From: Candidatus Multivorans sp.
GTDB lineage: Bacteria > Acidobacteriota > Thermoanaerobaculia > Multivoradales > Multivoraceae
Length of the DNA stretch: 64,000 nucleotides
Reading direction: 5' to 3'
NCBI GenBank assembly: GCA_965247095.1
Contig: OZ251997.1
Location: forward strand, 160,001 to 224,000
The translations under genes and the position numbers were made by a program. The notes below the pieces were generated by a model, which had not been told where the DNA came from, made no database searches, and was given only the letters and a program-made list of their open reading frames with translations. Positions 55,814 through 64,000 of the stretch are shown here, one piece after another. Each line of letters starts with the position of its first letter. Position 1 is the first letter of the stretch.

Positions 55814-57547
55814 ATGAGCCGAGCATCGGAATCTGGACGTGTCGAGGTGAAGGGAGCACATTCGCCGATCGGAAGATGGGCGCCAACGCTCGTCGTCCTC
55901 GGCGCGCTGGTGTTCGTTTCTGCGGTACAGGGCTCCGAGTGGCCGCAGTGGCGGGGACCGAATCGCGACGGCATCGCAGCCGGTGGCGAGCTTCCCGCCG
56001 TGCTTCCCACGGCGCTCCATCAACTCTGGAAGGTCCGGGTGGGGGTCGGCCAGTCCTCTCCGATCGTCGTTGGCGACCGCGTGTTCGTCCACGCGCGGCA
56101 GGGCGAGGAGGAAGTGGTGCTTGCCCTGTCGGCGGCGACGGGCGAGGAATTGTGGCGGCACAGCTACGCAGCCTCCTACGTGCCCAGAACTGCGGCCATC
56201 CAGTATGGCCCGGGTCCGAAGTCGACCATGCTGGCTGAAGGCGATTCGCTCTACGCCTTCGGCATCCGGGAGCGTCTTCTTGCCCTGGACGCCGACTCGG
56301 GCGCGGTGCGCTGGGAGAACACCTTTGAAGACCTCTACGAAGAGCCGTACCCGATCTGGGGAACGGCGTCGTCGCCTCTGATCGAGGGCAACCTGCTGAT
56401 CGTCCCGATTGGGACCACGGGCAACGAGCAGCAGGGAGATGAGGGCGCCCTGGTTGCCTACGACAAGGCGACCGGAGAGGAAGTGTGGCGGCTGGAAGGG
56501 CCGCCTGCGTATGCGTCGCCCATGGCGTTCACGCATGAAGGGGTTCGCCAGATCGTGACGATGGACGACGTGTCCTTCTTCGGAGTCGGGGCCACTGATG
56601 GCGATCCGCTGTGGTCGCTCGACTTCGAGACCGCGTTCCAACAGAACACCCCGACCACGATCCGGTATGACGGCATGTTCATTCTTTCCGGCTACCAGTG
56701 GGGTACCGCGGCGATCCGGGTCGAGCCGCCGGCCGAGGCGGACGGGGCCTGGTCGGTGAGCGAGGTCTGGAAGACGACGGACGTCGAGCTCTACATGGAT
56801 TCGCCGGTGCTGGTCGGCGACCATCTGTACTTTCGGTCGAACAAGCGGGCCGGCGCTTTCGTTTGCCTGGATCCCGCTACCGGGGAACTCGTGTGGCAGG
56901 GCCCGGGACGATGGGCGGCGTACGCCTCGGTGATCGCGGTGGGTGATCGTCTGCTCGTGCTCACCGACGAAGCCGAACTGAAGGTGATCGCGGCGGATCC
57001 GTCTGGCTACCAGGAGTTGGCCTCCTGGGAGGTGGCCGACAGTACGACCTGGTCGCACCTCGCGCTTTCCGGATCCCGGGTGTACGTGAAGGACGAGGAG
57101 CACCTCGCAGGATTCGACCTGGCCTCCATGCGGGTCACGGAAGCAAAGGACCGGCCTGCCGGGACCGCCGTCGCCCGGGCGGAGAAGGGCAGCGCCGGCG
57201 GCGCGCAGGATACGGAGGCTGTGAAGGTGGCCGTCCGTCAGATGTTGAAGGCCATGGGGAACGGAGACATGGACCTCATGTGGACCTATCTGGGTGAGGA
57301 CTTCAGGTCCTACAGCGGCGCTGACAAGGCTGTTTTCCGCCAGTACCTCGGGTCAACTGCCGGTACCGAGACGAAGAGCGAGGACATGAAGGTCGAATGG
57401 CAGGGTGCGACGGCCAGAGTCACAGGGGTGCGGTGGATTACGAACGGGCTGGACTTCGGACTGGAGATGCTGGTGGACGAGGGCGACGGAAAGTGGCTCG
57501 TCACCTTCATGGACTTCGACTCCAGGCGCATCAGCGGCCAGGAGTAG
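55814..57547 (+). CDS. PQQ-like (BamB-type) beta-propeller with an NTF2-like C-terminal domain, copy 1
   Basis: WPQWRGPNRDG, repeated ATGEExW and SSP motifs. Confidence 0.85.
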   Translation: MSRASESGRVEVKGAHSPIGRWAPTLVVLGALVFVSAVQGSEWPQWRGPNRDGIAAGGELPAVLPTALHQLWKVRVGVGQSSPIVVGDRVFVHARQGEEEVVLALSAATGEELWRHSYAASYVPRTAAIQYGPGPKSTMLAEGDSLYAFGIRERLLALDADSGAVRWENTFEDLYEEPYPIWGTASSPLIEGNLLIVPIGTTGNEQQGDEGALVAYDKATGEEVWRLEGPPAYASPMAFTHEGVRQIVTMDDVSFFGVGATDGDPLWSLDFETAFQQNTPTTIRYDGMFILSGYQWGTAAIRVEPPAEADGAWSVSEVWKTTDVELYMDSPVLVGDHLYFRSNKRAGAFVCLDPATGELVWQGPGRWAAYASVIAVGDRLLVLTDEAELKVIAADPSGYQELASWEVADSTTWSHLALSGSRVYVKDEEHLAGFDLASMRVTEAKDRPAGTAVARAEKGSAGGAQDTEAVKVAVRQMLKAMGNGDMDLMWTYLGEDFRSYSGADKAVFRQYLGSTAGTETKSEDMKVEWQGATARVTGVRWITNGLDFGLEMLVDEGDGKWLVTFMDFDSRRISGQE

Positions 57548-57567
57548 CGATGAGTCCGCCGCGCCGT

Positions 57568-58212
57568 CTAGGGTCGGCGCCGCACGACCATCGCCACTTC
57601 GGCCAGCGCGTCGAGAGTGAAGCCCTGGTCGCAGAGGCGGCGCAGAGCTCGACCGAGCTTGTCGCCGTGCTCCCCGGCCAGAACGTCGGGGAGCCGGTCC
57701 CACAGGTCACGGTCGCACCAGCGGGCTGCGGTCTCGAAGCCATGCTCCTCGTAGATCGAGGCGGGGTGGCCGCCCATGAACACCCCCAGGGGCCTGAAGG
57801 GCGGCACGGCCTTGGCCACGGTCGCCTCGACGCCTGCGGCGTCGGCCCAGCGGAGGAACTCCTTGAGCAGGGCGATGCCGATACCCCGCCCGTGGTAGCG
57901 GGGATCGCGAGCGTCGCCGCTTTCCAACTGGCCCACGTGGTAGCAGAACAGGTTCAGCGTCCGCGATGGCAGGGACGGGGCGTTCGCTTGGCCAAAGTCG
58001 CCCCAGTACAGCGGATCCATGATGCCGCTCGGGGAGCGCAGTGACGGGTCATACCGCCGGAACTGGAGTTGGCCCACGTGCTGCTCGCCGTCGAAGGCGA
58101 GGATCGCGCTCGCGCCGAGGTCCGCGATGCGGGTGCGCACTTCCCCCTCGGTACCCTGGCAGTCGATGGGGGCGCGGCCGATATCGGCCATCGTCATCAG
58201 CCGGTAGTGCAT
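57568..58212 (-). CDS. GNAT-like acetyltransferase
   Basis: YHGRGIG and IYEEHGF motifs. Confidence 0.7.
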   Translation of the reverse strand: MHYRLMTMADIGRAPIDCQGTEGEVRTRIADLGASAILAFDGEQHVGQLQFRRYDPSLRSPSGIMDPLYWGDFGQANAPSLPSRTLNLFCYHVGQLESGDARDPRYHGRGIGIALLKEFLRWADAAGVEATVAKAVPPFRPLGVFMGGHPASIYEEHGFETAARWCDRDLWDRLPDVLAGEHGDKLGRALRRLCDQGFTLDALAEVAMVVRRRP

Positions 58213-58274
58213 TGGCGCCGCCTAGACTATCGGGAGACACTTGAGACCTGACAACCTGGGAAGGGAGCGCAGCG

Positions 58275-58904
58275 ATGGAGATCATTCAGGCAACCGAGGC
58301 TCACTCCGAGAACTGGGCGGACGAAGTCGCCGACCTGGTCTGGGCTAGCGGGCCGACGACGTACGACTACCAATTCGGGGGCCGGGAGTACTACGACGAG
58401 ATCGTCAAGGCCTCGTGGCGCATACCTGGCACGCTCTTTTCGTATGACTGCACCACGATTGCGGTGGAAGGAGACGAACTCATCGCTATCGAGATCGGCT
58501 TCCGCGGTCCGGAGTTCGCCCAGCGCAAGAAGACGTTGCCGCCCCTGTGGGCGCCGCTGATCGAGTCGGGCCGGGTCACACGTGAGAAACTGGCCGAGAT
58601 CGGCAGGGCCGCCTATCTGTGCAGCTACCTGAATGTGGCGATTCCGTCGGCTGTCTACTACGTTCACGCGCTCGCCGTTCAGGAGTCGCGACGGGGCCAG
58701 GGGATCGGCAAGCAGTTGATGCAAGGGGCGCTCGACGGCGCGAAGAGCGCTGGCCTGCGCGGTCTGCACCTCGATGTCCTCTCGGATACTCCCGCGGTCG
58801 GCTTCTACTACTCGCTGGGAATGGAGTGCCTGACCGAAACGGTTGCGCCGATACCTCTCCAGAACGGAATACCCATGGAAATGCGGATGTCGCTCGACTT
58901 CTAG
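58275..58904 (+). CDS. GNAT acetyltransferase
   Basis: LAVQESRRGQGIGKQLM and AVGFYYSLG motifs. Confidence 0.88.
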   Translation: MEIIQATEAHSENWADEVADLVWASGPTTYDYQFGGREYYDEIVKASWRIPGTLFSYDCTTIAVEGDELIAIEIGFRGPEFAQRKKTLPPLWAPLIESGRVTREKLAEIGRAAYLCSYLNVAIPSAVYYVHALAVQESRRGQGIGKQLMQGALDGAKSAGLRGLHLDVLSDTPAVGFYYSLGMECLTETVAPIPLQNGIPMEMRMSLDF

Positions 58905-58966
58905 GAGTCGAGTCGCGGCGTCCGCGCCGCGCTGACGCACAGGGAACAGGGCTTGTTCCATGCAAG
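58901..58966. repeat. Inverted copy of the 59-bp element at 36511
   Basis: CTAGGAGTCGAGTCGCGGCGTCCGCGCCGCGCTGACGCACAGGGAACAGGGCTTGTTCCATGCAAG. Confidence 0.9.
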
Positions 58967-59046
58967 TTCGCGTGGCAGAACGAAACGGACGAGTGCAGTA
59001 GGTCGACGGCTGAGGTGTTTGGAACTCGACGGAGGAGGTACGGGTC

Positions 59047-60783
59047 ATGCACCGAGCATTGGAATTCGCACGTTTCGAGCTGAAGGGAGCGCATCCGCTG
59101 CTCGGAAGATGGTCGCCCACGCTCGTCGTCCTCGGCGCACTGGCTTTCGTCTCTGCCGTACAGGGCTCCGACTGGCCGCAGTGGCGGGGACCGAATCGCG
59201 ACGGCATAGCAGCCGGGGGCGAACTTCCCGCCGTGCTTCCCACAGCGCTCCATCAGCTCTGGAAGGTCCGGGTGGGCAGCGGCCAGTCCTCTCCGATCGT
59301 CGTTGGTGACCGCGTGTTCGTGCACGCGCGGCAGGGCGAAGAGGAAGTCGTGCTTGCCCTCTCGGCGGCGACCGGCGAGGAACTGTGGCGGCACAGCTAC
59401 TCGGTGTCCTACGTGCCCAGAACCGCGGCCATCCAGTACGGCCCGGGTCCGAAGTCGACCATGCTGGCTGAAGGCGATTCGGTCTACAGCTTCGGCATCC
59501 GGGAGCGTCTTCTTGCCCTGGAGGCAATGTCGGGCGCGGTGCGCTGGGAGAAGACCTTCGAAGACCTCTACGAGGAGCCGTACCCGATCTGGGGAACCGC
59601 CTCTTCGCCGCTGATCGAGGGCAACCTGCTGATCGTCCCGATTGGGACCACGGGCAACCAGCAGCAGGGAAACCATGGCGCCCTGGTTGCCTACGACAAG
59701 GCGACCGGAGAGGAAGTGTGGCGGGTGGACGGGCCGCCCGCGTACGCCTCGCCCGTAGCGTTCACGCATGGGGGTGTTCGCCAGATCGTGACGATGGACG
59801 ACGTGTCCTTCTTCGGAGTCGGGGCCACTGATGGCGATCCGCTGTGGTCGCTCGACTTCGAGACCGCATTCGAGCAGAACACGCCCACCACGGTTCGGTA
59901 TGACGGCACGTTCATTCTCTCCGGCTACCAGTGGGGTACTGCGGCGATCAAGGTCGAGCCGCCGGCTGAGGCGGACGGAGCCTGGGCGGTGAGCGAGGAG
60001 TGGATGACGACGGACGCCGAGCTCTACATGGATTCGCCGGTCCTGGTCGGCGACCATCTGTACTTCCGGTCGAACAAGAGGGCCGGCACCTTCGTCTGTC
60101 TCGATCCCGCTACCGGGGAGCTTGTCTGGCAGAGCCCTGGACGGTGGGCGGCCTACGCCTCGGTCATCGCGGTGGACGATCGCCTTCTGGTGCTCACCGA
60201 TGAAGCCGAACTCAAGGTGATCGCGGCGGATCCGTCGGGCTACCGGGAGTTGGCTTCCTGGGAAGTGGCGACTTCTTCGACCTGGTCGCACCTGGCGCTT
60301 TCCGGATCCCGGGTCTACGTCAAGGACGAGGAGCATCTCGCGGGTTTCGACCTGGCGGCCGCGCGGGTCACGGAAGCAAGGGACCAGCCCACGACACCCA
60401 CGGAACCTCAGTCGGAGAGAAGCGCCGGTGCGGACAGGACGCGGGATACCGAGGCCGTAGAGGTTGCTGTTCGTGAGCTCTTGAAGACCCTGGAGACCGG
60501 ACACATGGACCTCATGCTGACCTATCTGGGCGAGGACTTCAGGTCCGACAGCGGCGCCTCGAAGACGGTCTTCCGCCAATACCTCGGGTCAACTGCCGGC
60601 AGCGAGACGAAGAGCGAGGACATGAGGGTCGAGTGGGAGGGTGCTACGGCCAAGATCACCGGAGTGCGGTGGATCAGGGGCACGATGGATTTCGGAGTCG
60701 AGATGCTGGTCGACCAGCGCGACGGCAAGTGGCTCGTCACCTTCTTCGAGCTCGACTCGAGGGGCATCTTCGACGAGCCGTAG
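59047..60783 (+). CDS. PQQ-like beta-propeller with an NTF2-like domain, copy 2
   Basis: Closely similar paralog of 55814-57547. Confidence 0.85.
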   Translation: MHRALEFARFELKGAHPLLGRWSPTLVVLGALAFVSAVQGSDWPQWRGPNRDGIAAGGELPAVLPTALHQLWKVRVGSGQSSPIVVGDRVFVHARQGEEEVVLALSAATGEELWRHSYSVSYVPRTAAIQYGPGPKSTMLAEGDSVYSFGIRERLLALEAMSGAVRWEKTFEDLYEEPYPIWGTASSPLIEGNLLIVPIGTTGNQQQGNHGALVAYDKATGEEVWRVDGPPAYASPVAFTHGGVRQIVTMDDVSFFGVGATDGDPLWSLDFETAFEQNTPTTVRYDGTFILSGYQWGTAAIKVEPPAEADGAWAVSEEWMTTDAELYMDSPVLVGDHLYFRSNKRAGTFVCLDPATGELVWQSPGRWAAYASVIAVDDRLLVLTDEAELKVIAADPSGYRELASWEVATSSTWSHLALSGSRVYVKDEEHLAGFDLAAARVTEARDQPTTPTEPQSERSAGADRTRDTEAVEVAVRELLKTLETGHMDLMLTYLGEDFRSDSGASKTVFRQYLGSTAGSETKSEDMRVEWEGATAKITGVRWIRGTMDFGVEMLVDQRDGKWLVTFFELDSRGIFDEP

Positions 60784-60807
60784 GAGTGGCCACGGCGGGT
60801 CGCCGAC

Positions 60808-60891
60808 GGTAGTGCATTGGCGCTGCCCAACCGAGGCTCGTGCAGAGAAGTGGGCCGACGAAGTCGCGGACCTGGTTCACGCGCTCGCGGT
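60808..60891 (+). pseudogene. Deleted remnant of the duplicated GNAT pair
   Basis: Patches match about 58203-58220, 58291-58339 and 58662-58674. Confidence 0.7.
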
Positions 60892-60935
60892 AGGCTACCC
60901 GTCGCACTGCTCCCGCGCCCGCGGTCCCACCGACG

Positions 60936-62681
60936 ATGTCCTCGCCTTCTAGTCGCCGTTCCTACTTCTTTGGACCGTACGTGCTGGATCTCGGTCAGCG
61001 GCGGCTGCTTCGCGACGGGCAGCCGGTTCCGGTTCGGCCGAAGGTCTTCGACACGCTGCGGGCTCTGGTCGAGAACAGCGACCGCCTTCTGCACAAGGAG
61101 GAGCTGATGACCATCGTGTGGCCGCACAGAAGCGCGGTCGACGAGAGCAATCTCACCCACAATGTGTCCGTGCTGCGGAAGATTCTGGGGCAGACCAGCA
61201 AGACCCAGTACGTCGTCACCGTTCCTGGCCGCGGCTACCGCTTCACCGCTCCGGTCGAGGCGTCGCTCGAGGGATCGATCGCGGTCCGGCCCTTCGCCAG
61301 CCTGAGTCCTGACTCGGACCAGGACTTCTTCTGTCAGGGGATGGCCCAGGAGCTCATCGATGCCCTGGCAGGTGTCGAGGGGCTGCGGGTCGTTGGCCGG
61401 ACTTCTTCCTTCGATCGCCGGCTGAGAGAACTGGGCGCTTTCGCGGTCGGCGAGAAGCTGGGTGTCTCGACGATCCTCGAGGGCAGCGTGCGCAAGGCGG
61501 GCGACCAACTGCGGATCTCGGCGCGACTGATCCGGACCTTGGACGGAACGCAGCTCTGGTCCGAGCACTACGATCGGAAACTGGGTGACGTCTTCGAGAT
61601 CCAGGAGCACATCGCGCAAGCGATTGTCGACCACGTACGTACGAAACTGCTGGATCCACACACCGGTCCCGTCGTGTCACGAACCACGGACGACCAGGAC
61701 GTCTATCGCCTCTACCTGGAGGCGAGGTACAGCCTGAACCACCAGACGGAAAAGGGGATGCAACAGGCGATCCGGTTTCTTGACCGGGCGCTCAAGCTGC
61801 AGCCTGGTTTCGCGCGTGGTCACGCTCTGCTCGCAGTGTGCTACGCGTATCGAGCTGTCTACGGCTTCCGGTCCGTGCCCGAGACGGTGGCCAAGGCGGA
61901 GGAAGCGGTGCGCCAGGCACTGGAACTCGACGACTCGAGTGCGCTCGCGTACCAGGCGTTGGGTGTTCTGAGCGCCACGTTTCGATGGGACTGGCCGGCA
62001 GCGCAAGGGGCATACCTGCGGGCTCTGCGACTCGATCCGGGCGATTCCACCGCCCACTACTCGTACGGGAACCACATGCTGGCGCCGGTTGGTCGTCTTG
62101 AGGAGGCGGAACAGGAAATCAGGATCGCCGCGGAGTTGGATCCTCTGTCGCCGACGTTCAGTCAGGGTCTTTGCCTGGTCCTCTACTACGCGCGCCGTTA
62201 CGAAGAGGCGGTCGTGCAGGCTCGTCACACGCTCGCCCTGGAGACGGACTATCCGATCGTGAGCACGCTGTTAGCGGCCTGCTACAGCGCGATGGGCCGG
62301 CCCGACGAGGCGATCCATGAGCGTCAGGTCCACCTGCGGAATACCGGTCGCGTGGAAGACGCGGAGGCGATGGGGAGCGCCTACGCGAAGGAGGGCGAAC
62401 CGGGAGCACTGCGCTGGATAGCGGATCAGTTGCTGAAGCGGGCGGATGCCGGGGAGCAACGTCCCTTCTCCCTGGCTATCCTGTACTCCTGGCTCGACGA
62501 GAGAGAAGCTGCTCTGATGTGGCTGGAAGATGCGCTGAATGCGAAGCTTGGCGCCGTTATCTGGACCAAGGTGCATCCAGCGTTTGACAACCTGCGCGGC
62601 GAGCCACGGTTCCAGGAGCTGCTCGACAAAATGGGCGTCAACGATCCCCGGGTTGCGACGCCCGGGGCCGTTGTCCACTAG
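60936..62681 (+). CDS. CadC/OmpR-type wHTH plus TolB-N-like plus TPR transcriptional regulator
   Basis: LRKIL..TVPGRGYRF, SIAVRPF..ILEGSVRK, TPR helices, FDNLRGEPRF. Confidence 0.88.
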   Translation: MSSPSSRRSYFFGPYVLDLGQRRLLRDGQPVPVRPKVFDTLRALVENSDRLLHKEELMTIVWPHRSAVDESNLTHNVSVLRKILGQTSKTQYVVTVPGRGYRFTAPVEASLEGSIAVRPFASLSPDSDQDFFCQGMAQELIDALAGVEGLRVVGRTSSFDRRLRELGAFAVGEKLGVSTILEGSVRKAGDQLRISARLIRTLDGTQLWSEHYDRKLGDVFEIQEHIAQAIVDHVRTKLLDPHTGPVVSRTTDDQDVYRLYLEARYSLNHQTEKGMQQAIRFLDRALKLQPGFARGHALLAVCYAYRAVYGFRSVPETVAKAEEAVRQALELDDSSALAYQALGVLSATFRWDWPAAQGAYLRALRLDPGDSTAHYSYGNHMLAPVGRLEEAEQEIRIAAELDPLSPTFSQGLCLVLYYARRYEEAVVQARHTLALETDYPIVSTLLAACYSAMGRPDEAIHERQVHLRNTGRVEDAEAMGSAYAKEGEPGALRWIADQLLKRADAGEQRPFSLAILYSWLDEREAALMWLEDALNAKLGAVIWTKVHPAFDNLRGEPRFQELLDKMGVNDPRVATPGAVVH

Positions 62682-64000
62682 GGATCCTCTACGGGCGGTC
62701 CGGTGTGTTGCCGGGGTGGGTGAAAGAGCGTTCCCAGGCCCTTCTCCAGTTCCAAGCAGGCCGCGGCTTCGCCCATGTTGCAGGCCGTGGAGAGGAGTTC
62801 CTGGGCCAGGCCGATGTTCCTCGGCACGCCGTGCCCGTGCACGTGGGCGTAGCCCAGCAGGAAGCAGCTCATGCTGTCGCCTTCGTCGCATCCGCCCGAG
62901 AGTTTCCCGATCGCGTCGGACACCCCGGCAGACGACATCGTCACGTTGCCGTCGAAGAACGCCTGGATGGCGACGTTCTGGCAACCCTTGTGGAAACCGC
63001 TGCGGCACGCCTGGTCGAAGTAGGAGACGCCCTCCAGCGGGTCGAGCGGCACCACCTCTCCCCGGTTGAACAGCACGCCCAACTGGTTGCATTCCTCGCC
63101 ACCGCCGTTGTCGCACGCGAGTTCCAGTTTCGTGACCAGGTTCTCGCAGGCGAACCGCTTGCCCTCGTCGCAGGCGGTCTGCCAGTACTTGAAGTCGTCG
63201 CCCTCGTGCGTGCGGCCGACGAAGTTCGACGCCAGCATCCACCCAAAGAGCCCGATCCAGACGGCCATGAAGGCGTAGTTCACCCGGCGTGGCTTCGTCG
63301 TCTGAAGCAGCACCGAGAGGCGCAGGCTCTCCACGCGGCGCGACTTCCCCAGCCGGTCGAGCAGCGGCACGCAGAGGTTGAGCACCGGCACGAAGAGGAG
63401 CTTGTCGTAGAACAGCGGGACGTCGATCTGGCGGAGGAACTCGAAGAGGCCGAAGGCGCTGAGTCCGTAGAGCGCCCCGAACACCGCGCTTCCCAGCCTG
63501 CTGCGCGGAGACGTCGAAGGATCGGTGACGAGGAGGTGAAGACCGAGGAAGACCGCGATCGGAATGCTGGCGTCGACGAAGAAGTGGACGCCCGTCAAGC
63601 TGGAATAGACGAGGTTCGCCGACACCAGGGCGGCTGCTGCGAACAGCGTCACGATCGTCACCGAGAAGAAGAACTGGACGACCAGACCGGCCATGAAGAT
63701 CGCGACATACATGTGGGGCGCGTTGGCCAGGGTGGTCGCGATCTGAGCGCCCCAGGTGAGGTCCGTCGTCCCGGAGAGGATCAGGCCGAGCGAGAAGACC
63801 GACAGAGCGAAGCCCGAGGGATTGAAGATGTGCCTCTTTCGGCCGTCCCGGTTCCACCGGAAGAACTCCTTGCCGAGGATGCCGACGGCGATCATCGAGA
63901 ACTGCAGGTAGAACCACTCTTCCTTGAAGCAGAGGAAGAAGTTCGTGCTCAGAATGATCGGAAACTGCCCGAAGCCCAGGTACCAGGTGTTACGCCTCGA
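62678..64000 (-). CDS. RnfD/UnbU-like membrane protein with C-terminal Sel1-like repeats, 5' end outside the window
   Basis: RHIFNPS and VTDPSTSP motifs; repeated AC-x-G-x3-C units; frame open upstream of 63895. Confidence 0.7.
   Translation of the reverse strand, partial: SRRNTWYLGFGQFPIILSTNFFLCFKEEWFYLQFSMIAVGILGKEFFRWNRDGRKRHIFNPSGFALSVFSLGLILSGTTDLTWGAQIATTLANAPHMYVAIFMAGLVVQFFFSVTIVTLFAAAALVSANLVYSSLTGVHFFVDASIPIAVFLGLHLLVTDPSTSPRSRLGSAVFGALYGLSAFGLFEFLRQIDVPLFYDKLLFVPVLNLCVPLLDRLGKSRRVESLRLSVLLQTTKPRRVNYAFMAVWIGLFGWMLASNFVGRTHEGDDFKYWQTACDEGKRFACENLVTKLELACDNGGGEECNQLGVLFNRGEVVPLDPLEGVSYFDQACRSGFHKGCQNVAIQAFFDGNVTMSSAGVSDAIGKLSGGCDEGDSMSCFLLGYAHVHGHGVPRNIGLAQELLSTACNMGEAAACLELEKGLGTLFHPPRQHTGPPVEDP

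Overview
High-GC bacterial chromosomal segment. The gene content (CadC-wHTH/TPR regulator, VWA-like secreted protein, VPS10/BNR propeller, Sel1-repeat protein, many secreted enzymes) suggests an Acidobacteriota-like organism; this is inference only. Most of the window is metabolic genes: an NSAR/OSBS plus GNAT pair, an ABC transporter, an EhpG/LuxC-like reductase and an EhpF/LuxE-like adenylating enzyme flanking a Tat-Rieske plus PQQ dehydrogenase pair, a WS/DGAT-hydrolase-phasin-GNAT lipid storage cluster, a sulfotransferase-aminotransferase IV-GT39 run, a VapBC module, an 8-gene Mrp antiporter operon, a stand-alone Zn-independent rpsN, and a tandemly duplicated PQQ-type propeller/GNAT block. 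An accessory island at about 10.16-18.1 kb is a mosaic of IS3 and IS21 elements, two 5'-truncated cas1 genes each with an intact cas2 and leader, a 6-repeat type I-G-like array cut by IS21, and three solitary CRISPR-like repeats of three other sequence types. No interference genes are present in the window. At least three small dispersed repeat families are visible: a covarying three-hairpin REP-like element with one copy translated inside a gene, a stop-codon-anchored inverted-repeat element, and a 59-bp element. All product calls come from motif recognition, not database searches.
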